Below the pieces are notes generated by a model. That model had not been told where the DNA came from. It searched no databases and saw only the letters and a list, made by a program, of their open reading frames with translations. Shown in pieces: positions 48,368 to 59,572 of a stretch of 64,000 nucleotides of DNA (position 1 is the first letter of the stretch; every line of letters starts with the position of its first letter). Position numbers and translations under genes: made by a program. The stretch covers positions 1 through 64,000 of the IMG/VR virus record IMGVR_UViG_2848581113_000005. One strand, 5' to 3'. Origin of the DNA: a virus (lineage: Duplodnaviria; Caudoviricetes).

Positions 48368-49126
48368 TTATGCAACGTTTGGATAAATGAGCTTCATCTG
48401 GCCTTTTATGTTGAATGCTGCCATGCACCTAGCTTCGAAGTCTTTATAATCAATACAACTTTTCGCAATGTTAGTGATCGCAGTCATTTGAGTACCAACA
48501 GAATGTAGCGCTTCATCTTTCAGGAATTGATGTATCTTTTCGCCACTGTCTTTTGCTGATTCTTTGGCTGCTTCATAGACATAATCAGGCAAAGCAACAC
48601 CATAGACCCATTTAGCCGTAATTTGCCCAAATAACGCAGGGCTGCCGCCAACATGACCAAAGTATGGAAGCCCAGTCATCTTTGATAGCGCTTGGTAATA
48701 CGGTTCTTGGAATCGTTTTTCCCACGTTGTTGGTTCTTGGTAGGTTAATAGCCCGATAACCTGATCTTCTGTTAACGTCAGGTTCTGCGCCATCAGCATA
48801 TTTTTGATGTGGCGGTCACATGCTCTGGCAAATTTAGGGGAGAGCCAGCGAGCGAATTCAATAACCAGTTCAGGATGAATCCAAGTACCGCCATAACGTC
48901 CTTTTTCAGTTCTAACTAAAAGACGGGAAATCCCGCCTTTAGAATTTATTGCTTCTATATCAAGTTCTTCACCAATTTCTTTTAAGTACTCTTTGGTTGA
49001 ATCCAATCTCAACCAATCAAATACCTTTTTCCCAAAATGCGTTGCAGCAGTAGTCGCATTAGCCCAACATTCGTTACTAAATGGAAATAGTTGTTCGTCG
49101 TACTTCATAGGGATTATTTTTGTCAT
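48368..49126 (-). CDS. KilA-N domain protein
   Basis: NATTAA..FGK...WLR...GGTWIHPELVIEFARWLSPKF; ATG at 49126. Confidence 0.88.
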   Translation of the reverse strand: MTKIIPMKYDEQLFPFSNECWANATTAATHFGKKVFDWLRLDSTKEYLKEIGEELDIEAINSKGGISRLLVRTEKGRYGGTWIHPELVIEFARWLSPKFARACDRHIKNMLMAQNLTLTEDQVIGLLTYQEPTTWEKRFQEPYYQALSKMTGLPYFGHVGGSPALFGQITAKWVYGVALPDYVYEAAKESAKDSGEKIHQFLKDEALHSVGTQMTAITNIAKSCIDYKDFEARCMAAFNIKGQMKLIYPNVA

Positions 49127-49299
49127 CGTAAGTACCTTTAGGTGATAGAGTCTGTTCACGTAGGAATGAGCGACCCAAGACGGTACGATGACAACCATCG
49201 CCCACCCTCAGACTCTATCCCTTAAGACTCTCGGTTTTGCGCCCGTGACAGCGCCAGAAATGAAAAAACCTCCACTAGGGAGGTCATTGAATGGATTGA

Positions 49300-49610
49300 T
49301 TATTTCTTATGCATGACTTCGAGTGACTTCATCTCCATTACCCGAATATCGTTAAATACGGTCGCCCTGTCTTTGATGTTGAGGTAATCCATGACCTGAT
49401 TTAATGGCGTGTAATCCAGCCCTGTCGCACCGTTCATACCTACGCGCCACTGTGTTCGCATGGCGCTGAACACGAGGTATGAATCCCAGATATCAGGCCA
49501 CACCTCAACATCATATTCCTCGGGAATGAAGCCAAATGCCCGTTCAAAATCTGCGGCATCTTTTGCATTCATTCCTCCATACATGGATTCAGCGACCGCA
49601 ATCAGTTTTT
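49300..49610 (-). CDS. Tail chaperone gpT-like extension (-1 frameshift)
   Basis: Slippery GAAAAAAAC at the gpG end; TQWRVGMNGATGLDY. Confidence 0.78.
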
Positions 49611-49904
49611 TTCGCGATGACCCAATAATTCGTTGTAATACGTGGTCGTGATTGCCGTTGTAGCTGACGGGTAGTTGTCCAGCAGTAACTTGAGATTATC
49701 CACGTTATAGGGTTCTGCTATCGCCCAGTCAGCAATAATTTGCTCAAAAAAGGCCTGCGCGGGCATTTCACGCATGTTATCCAGCTCACTGATAGGTTTG
49801 TGATGAAAGGTGAAGGTGACAACCTCGGGGATTTCTTGCCCTGCGACGGGGATCTGAACATCTGCCTTGAATTTGGGGTTAGGAACGAGTGTAAACTTGG
49901 CCAT
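49602..49904 (-). CDS. Tail assembly chaperone gpG-like
   Basis: Synteny; ends REKN*. Confidence 0.8.
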   Translation of the reverse strand: MAKFTLVPNPKFKADVQIPVAGQEIPEVVTFTFHHKPISELDNMREMPAQAFFEQIIADWAIAEPYNVDNLKLLLDNYPSATTAITTTYYNELLGHREKN

Positions 49905-49944
49905 CTAAAAAATCCTCAAAAGAAAAGCCCCAGAGGGGCTAACA

Positions 49945-50601
49945 TTATTCTGCATTGGTATAAATCTGCATTTCTGATTTAAGGGAAAAGCGGGCGGTGA
50001 CGTTTTCTACTTCATTCATTGCCGTATTGGGTACACGCTGGAACGAAACGGAAGCAGTGTAATAGCGGTCTTCTGCGGCACGTTTGTTGTAGAATCGAAT
50101 GGCCGTGATTTGCTTACTGTCATCCAGCCTCATCAGTAACTGACGAATGGGCAACTTAGCATCATGCGCAAAGGTATAGACCTGAACGACTCCATTTTTA
50201 TAGGTGTCGATGGTTTCTGCCTGTTCGTCTTCCAAAAACTGAACTTCCTGCGTTTGCTGCTCGCCGCCCTCGGTTGAAAGCGTCATTACCTGTGGCATGA
50301 CTTCCCAAGCCAGTACTTTCTTCAATGATCCCGCTCCACCTCCCGCAGGAAATACATTTTTATCTGAGGTGTCCAATCCCTCAAGCGTGATACTTTTTTC
50401 AGTCACCGTTTTGACACGATATACGCCAGAGGCTTTCTTCCAGCCAGAACTGACATGAACGATATCTCCCTTAGTAATACCCGCAGCGGAGTCTGGTGTT
50501 AGCACAACTTCTTCTGCGTTAGATGCTGCGGAGAATTTCACTTCATCCCCGTATTTGCTAGCAAGGTAAACACGGGAACCATTGGGAATGTTATAGGCCA
50601 T
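49945..50601 (-). CDS. Tail tube protein
   Basis: IPNGS..., EGGEQQ..QFLED. Confidence 0.82.
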   Translation of the reverse strand: MAYNIPNGSRVYLASKYGDEVKFSAASNAEEVVLTPDSAAGITKGDIVHVSSGWKKASGVYRVKTVTEKSITLEGLDTSDKNVFPAGGGAGSLKKVLAWEVMPQVMTLSTEGGEQQTQEVQFLEDEQAETIDTYKNGVVQVYTFAHDAKLPIRQLLMRLDDSKQITAIRFYNKRAAEDRYYTASVSFQRVPNTAMNEVENVTARFSLKSEMQIYTNAE

Positions 50602-50647
50602 CATTAACCTCTTTTATGCATAAAAAAAGCCGCTATCGGCGGCGGTA

Positions 50648-51049
50648 TTATCGAACTGAATCACATCGGTATGATGTACGTATGGGAAGGGTGTAGTTAG
50701 TGCCATCCTGAATAGACGGAAAAAGAGCTGGCTCATCGTTAAGGTATAAATCATCAGCTAATGACAGGCCGTTCTGTAAATAACCAGTCACCCGGTCAGC
50801 AATCTGCATTAAGACAGCATCACCTGAGCCAGATTTACCAACAACATTCATCTGAATCACGCCACGAAAGACAGGCATATCTAGCGACAGTCCGATATTT
50901 TGCGGTGTCGCAGGCATAATATGCAGTTGCAGATATGTCTCATTAATGTCATCAAACGGCATGTTGGGCCACGCCACCTTGAGGCTTTCCCGCTTGGCTA
51001 TGTTTGCAACCAGCCTTCGAATAGCATTATTTATCGCTGACTGATTCAT
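50648..51049 (-). CDS. Tail terminator-like protein
   Basis: VAWPN..F, GVIQMNV; synteny. Confidence 0.72.
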   Translation of the reverse strand: MNQSAINNAIRRLVANIAKRESLKVAWPNMPFDDINETYLQLHIMPATPQNIGLSLDMPVFRGVIQMNVVGKSGSGDAVLMQIADRVTGYLQNGLSLADDLYLNDEPALFPSIQDGTNYTLPIRTSYRCDSVR

Positions 51050-51627
51050 GGTTTTGTCTCCGTCACTGCCTCGCTAAAGAATTTCTGGAATTCCTGTGCG
51101 GTGACGGCGATCATGCCATTGGGCGCCTGTGTTGAGTGCCCCATTTCAAGACGATAAGCATAAGGAACAACATTGGAGAAATAGACAGCTTTGACACCAA
51201 CCTTAAACTGCCCAATCACCAACTCCCCCACGGCTTTGGTCATAGTGCCACTTTTATCAATGCGTCCGGTTTCTTCCGTCGGGATATCATCAAAGGTGAC
51301 CTGCCAGTTACCCCGGAATCGACCGCCGGTATAACCCGGAGGTGCTTTGATATCCATAGAATCCTGTGAGCGAGCGCGTTTCTTTAGCTGCCGTTTTTTG
51401 GGTGTCAGATTACTGGGGTCTGAACGCTGATGTTCATTCCAGTCATGAACCGCCTGATTGTATTCTCTCGCCGTTTGGTTGATTTTCCACAGTTCGGGAT
51501 TCCCCACCGGTGACATGATAACCAATCGCGACAGTATCTTGATAAATGCCCCTCTTGATGCCGCCTCAATATTACCTTTGGCTTTATTCACAAACGCATC
51601 AATGGATGCCATAAACGGATCTGCCAT
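51046..51627 (-). CDS. Neck/tail component (gp10-like)
   Basis: SPVG, GRFRGNWQV, PYAYRLEMGHSTQAP. Confidence 0.75.
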   Translation of the reverse strand: MADPFMASIDAFVNKAKGNIEAASRGAFIKILSRLVIMSPVGNPELWKINQTAREYNQAVHDWNEHQRSDPSNLTPKKRQLKKRARSQDSMDIKAPPGYTGGRFRGNWQVTFDDIPTEETGRIDKSGTMTKAVGELVIGQFKVGVKAVYFSNVVPYAYRLEMGHSTQAPNGMIAVTAQEFQKFFSEAVTETKP

Positions 51628-51628
51628 A

Positions 51629-51982
51629 TCACGCCCTTAACTGAGATTGATAACACAGCACGATATCAGCAGGCTTGATTGGGTTAGGCTCAATAATCCT
51701 CAGCCAGACTTCATCCACCAGCACCAAATCGCCTTTAGCTATCTGAGTGTCTGGAGAAAAGACCATCTTGATATCCGTAGACAACACTAAAGAGCCGTCA
51801 ATTTCATTAGGGCTATATCGAGTCTTTACACCGACAACATTAAATTGACTCTCCAGTTCGTGATGCTCTTTGCCCTCATCATCAACCCAATGTCGCCCGG
51901 CACGCTTCACCTGAAATTGAGCGCCATATTTTTTCAGTAATCGCTCAGTCGTTTTCTGCATTCTGGGATAGAAAGCTGCCAT
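51629..51982 (-). CDS. Head-tail joining protein
   Basis: Synteny. Confidence 0.65.
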   Translation of the reverse strand: MAAFYPRMQKTTERLLKKYGAQFQVKRAGRHWVDDEGKEHHELESQFNVVGVKTRYSPNEIDGSLVLSTDIKMVFSPDTQIAKGDLVLVDEVWLRIIEPNPIKPADIVLCYQSQLRA

Positions 51983-51983
51983 A

Positions 51984-52466
51984 TCACCCCCTGAATACTT
52001 TAAATGTCATCCCACCACCGGATAAGAAATCACGCAGCATTGAGTTAAACCAAGTGATGTTTGGCGAGCCCGAGTTAGTGCCCTCCGCATACGTGACCGA
52101 CACAGCCCCACTCACGGATTCAGACAGTACCTCACCACCCACCGTAGGCGTTAAATCGTGTTCCAACGAATCGATCGCCAGCCGACACTGAGCATGAGTC
52201 AACGGCAGAGGAATAGCATCATCTGGCACTAATTCCCCATCAACATAAATTCCTTTACGCGGGAAAGCCAACGACTGATTTTTATTGGTTCGGTTTCCTT
52301 TCCAACGCTTTGTTGCCAGATAATCCATCGCCTGAAACAGCAACGACGGCAGAACGCTATCATCCGGCAGGGTATAACCTCGCTGAACGGCAAACTGCTT
52401 TAAGTCCTCAACACTGGCGTAACTATTGAAGGTTGGCGAGTGTTTATCGGCATCAATCATGTTCAC
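51984..52466 (-). CDS. Head-tail adaptor
   Basis: NSYASV...QSLAFPR...AQCRLA. Confidence 0.72.
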   Translation of the reverse strand: MNMIDADKHSPTFNSYASVEDLKQFAVQRGYTLPDDSVLPSLLFQAMDYLATKRWKGNRTNKNQSLAFPRKGIYVDGELVPDDAIPLPLTHAQCRLAIDSLEHDLTPTVGGEVLSESVSGAVSVTYAEGTNSGSPNITWFNSMLRDFLSGGGMTFKVFRG

Positions 52467-52500
52467 CTCAAAAAAATAAAGGGGCAGATGCCCCTATTTG

Positions 52501-53511
52501 TTATTGACCGTCGGCCGTATTCTTCCCTTTACTACCAGAAACAGGTTTACCACTTAACACTGCCGCGAACGGGACGTTTTTACGGTCAAACTTACGCTCC
52601 CAATTAGTCGCTTTGGCAATATCAGTGATTGACGGGGTTTTGTTTGGGTCTTCCTCACCCAACCAACTGAAACCAGCGGGTTGCAGGATAAAGGTTTTGC
52701 GTTCCCACAATACCTCAGCCCCACCTCCATTACCGCCTGATGCCTTACGGTCTAATTCAACCGGGGTATGAGGATTACCGCTGCCGTAACCAAATGCACC
52801 ACCGCCGAAGAAAACAGTCAGATAGCGCCCATCTTCATATTTCAGGCTGTCATCCATAAACAGCGGCTTGCCCAGATAGGTTTGCAAAATAATACGGCCT
52901 TCCGAATCGCGAATGGTTTCAATCAGGTTCTTGGTCGCCATCTGTTTCATAACCACGGAGTGGACACCGATAGCGCTGAATGTGTCGGCGGCATCACCGG
53001 CTGTAAATGCCGCGTCAATCAGATTGTCGGCTGAAATTTCATCACCACCTTGGATCACCATGTCGCTACCATCCTTCGCAATGTTACTGCCGATAATCCC
53101 ACGTGCAGTACCAATCAGATAGCGTTGCCATTGGCGAGTCCAGTAGGTCCCGAAGCGGTTACGGATATGCGCCATGGGTTCACTGTTTGCCAGTTCTGCG
53201 GCCAAGTCCGCCACACCGTAGCCTTTGTTCAAGAATAAAACGCGTGTTTTCAGACTGGATTGACTGGCTTTCCCTACCGCACCGATTTGGTCAGGGTTAT
53301 CCGAGGTTGCATTAGGCGCTTCATTTGCGTCTAAATCATTCCAGTAGTTGATCGTTGCTGTTCCCTGACTATCAGAAGCAATAGCGTCTAATTGAGGCAG
53401 GCGAGTAATGATACCAGATTCAAATACAGCGGTTTTTTCCGGGCTGTTCACCGGTGCAATGGCTTGATAATAATCACCACGAAAAATATCGGATAAACGA
53501 GTTGTTGGCAT
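52501..53511 (-). CDS. Major capsid protein
   Basis: 336 aa after the scaffold gene; MPTTRLSDI..., VHSVV. Confidence 0.8.
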   Translation of the reverse strand: MPTTRLSDIFRGDYYQAIAPVNSPEKTAVFESGIITRLPQLDAIASDSQGTATINYWNDLDANEAPNATSDNPDQIGAVGKASQSSLKTRVLFLNKGYGVADLAAELANSEPMAHIRNRFGTYWTRQWQRYLIGTARGIIGSNIAKDGSDMVIQGGDEISADNLIDAAFTAGDAADTFSAIGVHSVVMKQMATKNLIETIRDSEGRIILQTYLGKPLFMDDSLKYEDGRYLTVFFGGGAFGYGSGNPHTPVELDRKASGGNGGGAEVLWERKTFILQPAGFSWLGEEDPNKTPSITDIAKATNWERKFDRKNVPFAAVLSGKPVSGSKGKNTADGQ

Positions 53512-53528
53512 AAATTGATACTCCTAAT

Positions 53529-54233
53529 TTACTGAGTTTTTTGGAGGCGTTTAAATTCCTCGGGATCTTCATCAAATAAACGGATGCGTTCAGCTTCCGT
53601 ATAGTCGTGCCAAGTTCTACCGCCGCCCCGAGCAACAGTCTGGCGCTGACCTTCACCTCCGGTTCCGGTCGCTTTACTGCCGATAACAACAGGCGCAAAC
53701 AGCTTGTTGCCACGAAATTCTTTTTCTAAATCGTCAATAGTGAGTGCTGACGGCTTGCCTTCCGCATCAATCACACGCGTTTTTCCCTCTTCAACAATGA
53801 GACGTGATTTGATATGAGGAAGAAGTAACGCTGCACTGTCACCCGCCAGTTTCGCCGCCAGAGACTGCGCCACGTTATCCACCAGCAAGGTGCGCAAATT
53901 GCCGTCTTTTTCGTCGAGTTGGGCTAACAGTTCTTTTTCACGGGCAGAGAGTTTTTCGGCCCAGCTTTTTTCCAATGCTTCAATGTCACCGTTCTTGCGG
54001 GCTTGTTCCTCAGCGGCTTTCTTTGCGGCCTCTTCCGCCTGTCGGCGTTTCTCCTGCTCCGATTTCTTTTCAGAAAGCAGCTCATCCACTTTTTTTTGCA
54101 GACCGGAGACATCGGGAATGTCTGGCATCCCTTCAATATGCAACTGATATTGATCGCCCTGCGCTTTGTACATGGCTTTTTGCTCATCCGTTAGCGCCTC
54201 AAATTCTTCTTTCGTTAATAAAAATTTAAACAT
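53529..54233 (-). CDS. Capsid scaffolding protein
   Basis: Charged coiled coil upstream of the capsid gene; ATG at 54233. Confidence 0.72.
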   Translation of the reverse strand: MFKFLLTKEEFEALTDEQKAMYKAQGDQYQLHIEGMPDIPDVSGLQKKVDELLSEKKSEQEKRRQAEEAAKKAAEEQARKNGDIEALEKSWAEKLSAREKELLAQLDEKDGNLRTLLVDNVAQSLAAKLAGDSAALLLPHIKSRLIVEEGKTRVIDAEGKPSALTIDDLEKEFRGNKLFAPVVIGSKATGTGGEGQRQTVARGGGRTWHDYTEAERIRLFDEDPEEFKRLQKTQ

Positions 54234-54319
54234 CGTCAACCTCAGGTTTTGATGATGCAGTCGCTGACTGCGGGTAATAAAAAAGGCCACCGAAGTGACC
54301 TTATGACCATGTTAGCTGA

Positions 54320-55440
54320 TTAGTCATAACCAGCTTCCCTGAATGCTTGTCCGTCAATCTCTTTCAGTTTCGCCAGTGAGATAAACTCGCCCTTGTCTGT
54401 ATAGAATTGCGAAGGATGCATACCCCCTCTTGCATGAGTCGGTAGCGCACTTCACCAAAGACTTGCTTTTGTCTCCATGCAGGTTGCCGCTGTATCCATT
54501 CAAGAAATGTCGTTTCGGTGGGCACTTGACCATCCATTGATGCTCGAGTTCCTTCGTTCATTTCATCAACATCAATGCCAAGTTCGCGCCAGGATTTCAC
54601 GACCAATGTTTCGATTGAGCGACAATTAAAATGAAGTTTACCGGGGCCTTGCAGATACGGAACTTTGTGACCGATAGGCTTTCCATTCAGCGTATATTTA
54701 AGTCCGTCACGCACAATGCAATCATGGGAAGTTTTATTATCTAGCGTGGACACCCAGCACTTGCAATCCAGAATAGCTTTGTTGGCTTCAACAAACTGAT
54801 TTCTTGCCGTGGCTTGTAAGTGATTGATGGCGGTCTTGGCGATACTAGTCGCATTGGCCCGGCTAATTTGCAATGCGCCATCTTTGTAACCCTGATTAGC
54901 ATGACCGCGTATTTTTCGCCCTATGTCTACCGCACTCTCCCCGTTAAGGTAACCCTTACGTACCGTGTTATTAATACGGGCCATCCGATCTTTTTCCAGC
55001 CCCTCCGCCCATTCAGACAGTAATTTGCCTTGGAAGGGGCGAGACATCACCGAAGAATACAGCATATCTTCTGTGATGCTCATGAGCGGGTACTGCCTGA
55101 GTACGGCATTAGGCAGCAGGGAATCAAATAAAGAAGGATAGAAACTAATCTCATAACGAACGTGTTCCAGCATTTCACGAGACAACACTGACAGTGCATT
55201 ATCGACAGCATTTTTATTAATTACCCTGACGCTGAATAGCAATGATTCTAATTTTCGCACCGTAAAACTGTTTGCATCCATGTTTGTGTCATCCAGTGCC
55301 ACTATTAACGAGGCAGTTAACTGTGCATCAAACTCATTCAATGCCTTAACCACCCGACGCGCAACACCTGTTGAATAACGCCCAGAAAACAGGGAATGTG
55401 CAATCAACTCATCCATGATGGTTTCGTTGATGGATTTCAT
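54320..55440 (-). CDS. Minor head protein (SPP1 gp7/MuF-like); apparent frameshift near the C-terminus
   Basis: STLDNKTS..C, HFNCRS; the frame shifts at G5 54423-54427. Confidence 0.8.
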
Positions 55441-55444
55441 TTAT

Positions 55445-56821
55445 CTACCCCAGCATGTCAGGTTCTTTATTTCGGAGTTGATCTTCGATAGCCTCCGGCA
55501 ATTCGTCCTGTGGAACAATGTTGATGCTTTGCAGGTATCGAATGAAATCGACCTTACGCATTTCGCCAGACTGGACAGCAGATAGCAGCGTGGAAATGGC
55601 CGCAGAATCAAGCTGGGCAATGTCATAGACTTTGTTCAACTCAATTGTGGCTCCCCCTGCACCAGCGAATTGAACGCAGAACTGGAGCGCCCGGCTAAAT
55701 GCTTGTTCAACATTGCCGGCACATAGCGATAAAATGGAGTTATCCGTCTGCGCCTCGTTTTGTGCCTGTGTAGCTGTTCGTGCCGATGTGCCGCGCTCCA
55801 CCAGTTTAGCCCCCAGCATGGCCATCTGCTTTTCCCGGCGCTCAGCTACGGTGATTTGGATATTGCGCTCTTCAGGTTGGGCGAATTTCATATCACCGTT
55901 TGGCGGCAGCAATATTCCATTACGTGACCCCACCGTAAAGCCATCAGAAAAATATTTATCCGCCCATACTTCGGTCAGTCCCGTCAAGGCCACCATCGGC
56001 TGCCCTACTGTATGGGCTGATTCTGCAATATCGGCTTCAGCCTGATAATGTTTGATATTCACATAGGCAATATCCGCCAGTGGTGGTGCATCCGGTGTGT
56101 GATCATTGTTCATTGAGCCTATCCATGACCACGGCAATTCAAATAATGGCTGACCTGTTGCATCTTTCAGTTCCACCCAGTCATGCGCAATCAAATTGCC
56201 GTCCTGATACCAGTGTCGTGAATATGCCCGCCCCTCAATGAGCCTCAACTCAATCCAGTGATCAATCAGTTGCAAATCAAAGTTATCCGTGTCCTTCGGC
56301 TCTTTATAATGCACCACCACCAGCGATGTTTTCCCGTTGGTCACCCGCCAGTTAATAATTTCCTTGGCGGTAAATAATCGGATATAGGGGCGTCCTTTTT
56401 CAGCCTCTGATTGAATGCCCGAACCAGAAAAATCACTCAATAAACCTGCTCGCCCGCGCTGTAATACTTGGGATAACGCATCGCGTATCATCTGTGTTAA
56501 TGGCTGGCCTTCACCATCAATATCCGTTTCCAGATACTCAATGCCCCCGGAGATATCAATTTTGACGGGTTTATTGAATGCAATACCCAATAACCCACTC
56601 AGGGTGCGCCCCGTCGCGTTGATAAATGACGCCCGGAGCAAATAACGCTCATAGCGCTTATTACTTGCATCATCCTTCTCTTTCTTATCTGCCGGATGGG
56701 GCAAGTACCTTTCTTTCCGGCTCTTAATCACCCGTTCGCCATCAACACAATCGCCGATCATGTTCCATTCTGACAAAAACTCGGTGTAGGCCGGATGTCT
56801 GTAATCAACGTTTGTGCTCAT
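55445..56821 (-). CDS. Portal protein (DUF4055-like)
   Basis: YLPHP, YLLRASF, PPLADIAYVNIKHYQ; follows terL. Confidence 0.82.
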   Translation of the reverse strand: MSTNVDYRHPAYTEFLSEWNMIGDCVDGERVIKSRKERYLPHPADKKEKDDASNKRYERYLLRASFINATGRTLSGLLGIAFNKPVKIDISGGIEYLETDIDGEGQPLTQMIRDALSQVLQRGRAGLLSDFSGSGIQSEAEKGRPYIRLFTAKEIINWRVTNGKTSLVVVHYKEPKDTDNFDLQLIDHWIELRLIEGRAYSRHWYQDGNLIAHDWVELKDATGQPLFELPWSWIGSMNNDHTPDAPPLADIAYVNIKHYQAEADIAESAHTVGQPMVALTGLTEVWADKYFSDGFTVGSRNGILLPPNGDMKFAQPEERNIQITVAERREKQMAMLGAKLVERGTSARTATQAQNEAQTDNSILSLCAGNVEQAFSRALQFCVQFAGAGGATIELNKVYDIAQLDSAAISTLLSAVQSGEMRKVDFIRYLQSINIVPQDELPEAIEDQLRNKEPDMLG

Positions 56822-56822
56822 G

Positions 56823-58394
56823 TTAGTTCCAGTTGAAATTGAGTGTTTTTGTGAAGCGCAGAGGCTTATGCAAGACGCGATACCGTGTCGCATCCCAATC
56901 GTGATCTTCCTGCTCGGTGTCAACATCATCAGAATTTTTAGTGTCACGAACTAAAACAGGAACGCGACTAATCCAACCCCGGCAATGGTCGAAGACATAG
57001 AACGCAGGTTTTTCTGGCATACCTGATTCTGATTGCTTACCTTCAATGACCGCCTCTAACATGTCAGCGAAGAGGGACGCACCATTGATACGAGAGCCGG
57101 GGTTTTTGTTTGCTTTCACCCATTCGACTTTTTGTGCCTCCATTTTTTGAGCTATGGAATCCTCATCGTCGTTCGGTGTATAAATTGAGTTATCAGCGGG
57201 TCCCTTTATCACCGTCTTACAAATGCCGGGCATAATATTAAGCTGGCCTTGTGTTTTGCCCTCTTTGACTATTTCATCGGGGATCGTTGTCTCTAACCCA
57301 ACTAAGCGCTCATCAATCCACTTAATACCTTTCGCAACATTGGTTGATGACATGCTCAACCCTTTGTTTAACTCATCAGGTGGACAACCGTACCATTCTC
57401 CAATCAAAATTAATGATCCTGCTGGTGGACAAAATGTACGGCCATTAGACAAGGTTGCTTCTGTGCCGTCTGACTCAGCCCACCACAAATTAGAGAAAGG
57501 CTTTGATTCTCCCCAGTCGTGAGAGCGATCAACCGTCCAGCTATCCGGAATTTTGAATGGCTTGATAACGTGGTAATTAGCATTCCACAGATGGTCAAAG
57601 CGTCCGCCACTGGTAACATCCCATGAACCCTCAACCCATGCCTTTCTTCGGTTTGGGTCTTTAATGCCCATCAACGTTGCGATGTACTGCGGGTCTAGGT
57701 AGGGGTTTTCTTTAAATGATCCGTGGATGGCTACGCGAGTTAGCGTGATATCTTCGTCTCGCTCAGTCTGTGGATTGAAGACCTTCTGAGTCTCACGAAT
57801 AACCGTTCCACGCGGCGCAGGTTCGATAAACCGTTTCTTAACCCATGTGTGACCGATGCCAAACGGGTTTGTTGTGCTGAAAGTTTCCAATGGGATCGGT
57901 TTTAACAAAGAGCCGTCTTCAAGTGGGTAATCCTCCGGCCTGAATGATGAGCGGCGACAAGAGAACATGGCTTCGTAAAAGTCGGCTGATTTCTGTTTGG
58001 TTAATTCGTTAAAGCCGATAAAAGGGAATTCCTGCCCGTGATAATCCCAATAATCATCGGCTTCTTTGCCGAACCGAAATAACAACTCTTCACCTGTCGG
58101 CCATACCCAACGTAATTCTGACGCCGAAGCCAGAAAGCGAGCACCATCTTTAAACAGGCGATACATACGCTTTGATTGGGTAATGATGTCAGCGAGGTTT
58201 TTATATTCCGTATCGAATATCACCCCACGCCAGAATGAACCATAGCCAACACCGACATTGCGCCGGAAGCGTGCGAGCTGTGCCGCTGTTTTACCGGGTC
58301 CTCGTGTGCCTTCATACAGAATTTCGTTACACGGGCAACTTAATGATAACGACTGTGAGCCGGGCAGCGGTTTCCAAACCACATTGTAATTCAT
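56823..58394 (-). CDS. Terminase large subunit
   Basis: GTRGPGKT, FNELT, TTNP, HDWG, EDHDWD. Confidence 0.9.
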   Translation of the reverse strand: MNYNVVWKPLPGSQSLSLSCPCNEILYEGTRGPGKTAAQLARFRRNVGVGYGSFWRGVIFDTEYKNLADIITQSKRMYRLFKDGARFLASASELRWVWPTGEELLFRFGKEADDYWDYHGQEFPFIGFNELTKQKSADFYEAMFSCRRSSFRPEDYPLEDGSLLKPIPLETFSTTNPFGIGHTWVKKRFIEPAPRGTVIRETQKVFNPQTERDEDITLTRVAIHGSFKENPYLDPQYIATLMGIKDPNRRKAWVEGSWDVTSGGRFDHLWNANYHVIKPFKIPDSWTVDRSHDWGESKPFSNLWWAESDGTEATLSNGRTFCPPAGSLILIGEWYGCPPDELNKGLSMSSTNVAKGIKWIDERLVGLETTIPDEIVKEGKTQGQLNIMPGICKTVIKGPADNSIYTPNDDEDSIAQKMEAQKVEWVKANKNPGSRINGASLFADMLEAVIEGKQSESGMPEKPAFYVFDHCRGWISRVPVLVRDTKNSDDVDTEQEDHDWDATRYRVLHKPLRFTKTLNFNWN

Positions 58395-58879
58395 TCACCT
58401 AATACCCCGCCCTGTTGCTGTTGTGCGACTTTTTCCCAATCATCCACGCTGTCACATGCAGGAACGGGCATAATGTTGTGCGTCGCCTCAACTTTCTGCT
58501 CTACCTTGTGTCTGTTGGTATAAACATCCCCACACTCTTTTGCGGCTTGCTCAGCTAATTGTGCAGTTAGCGCAAAATTACGCATGCCCTCAGCTTTAAC
58601 CGCCATTCGGTCTAGCATTCTCAAACGGTAGGCTTTATTCGCTATGGGGATGTCTGTTATTTCGGTTTGGAATCGTTCACGGGTTTCATTAAAAAGCTCT
58701 ACCCACTTTTTCGCTAATTTACGCCCACTTGACTTTGTTGGGTCATGAGATTCGACTTGCTGGCGGCTCACTTTTAACCCAAATTCATTTTTGACGGACT
58801 CAACCACTTGGGAGGGGGTATCATAGCAGGCAAGGGATTGAATAATATAAATTTTAACCTCTGACTTTAACGCTGCCAT
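58391..58879 (-). CDS. Terminase small subunit (DUF2280-like)
   Basis: LACYDTPSQV...IANKAYRL...EQAAKE. Confidence 0.8.
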   Translation of the reverse strand: MAALKSEVKIYIIQSLACYDTPSQVVESVKNEFGLKVSRQQVESHDPTKSSGRKLAKKWVELFNETRERFQTEITDIPIANKAYRLRMLDRMAVKAEGMRNFALTAQLAEQAAKECGDVYTNRHKVEQKVEATHNIMPVPACDSVDDWEKVAQQQQGGVLGE

Positions 58880-58909
58880 AATCAATACCTGTCAAAACTA
58901 GTCAAAAAT

Positions 58910-59572
58910 TTAAGCCAGTTTCATTAAACAGGTTCCGCACGCTCTGGATATATTCAACCTAGCCACTTCTGGCTTTTCGCTTGCGGCATCAATGATTGCT
59001 TGAACCTCTTCACTAGCGCCATATCGACGAACAACGCCGACAAACTCTTCTACATCATGCCCTCTTAATTTCAGCTTGGGCATACCTTCCTGTGTGAACT
59101 TGGGTGCGCCAAATTCATCCATATCTTGTGCTATATGGTAAAGCTCATGATCGACCAATGCGCAAAACTCAGCATCAGAACATTGAGCGCAGTAATCAGC
59201 CGCTAATGTGATAACAAACTTAGGTATGCGACCAAACCATTCATACATTTGTTGTTCCATTCTGGCTTTCTGCCAACCACCAGCACGCATCATGACCTCT
59301 TCACATTGACCTAGTACATACCGACCTTTCTTATTGAATGAGTTTGAGGCCCACATAAAACAAATATCAGCATCAATTAAGTGCATATGATCAGGATTAT
59401 GAATATCGCCATCATCGTCGAGTAGATGCTGCTGTACCCACTCATTAACCTCTGGGGCGGGGGCTATTTTTATGTGCGGAGAAAATGCTTCGATAAACTC
59501 ATGTGGTGGATATGGCCTAGCTAATGCTTCATCACTCATAACTTCCTCAATCAGAACATTTAACTGGCTCAA
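58910..59572 (-). CDS. Putative phage metallopeptidase
   Basis: HELYH and HDVEEF motifs. Confidence 0.8.
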   Translation of the reverse strand: MSQLNVLIEEVMSDEALARPYPPHEFIEAFSPHIKIAPAPEVNEWVQQHLLDDDGDIHNPDHMHLIDADICFMWASNSFNKKGRYVLGQCEEVMMRAGGWQKARMEQQMYEWFGRIPKFVITLAADYCAQCSDAEFCALVDHELYHIAQDMDEFGAPKFTQEGMPKLKLRGHDVEEFVGVVRRYGASEEVQAIIDAASEKPEVARLNISRACGTCLMKLA

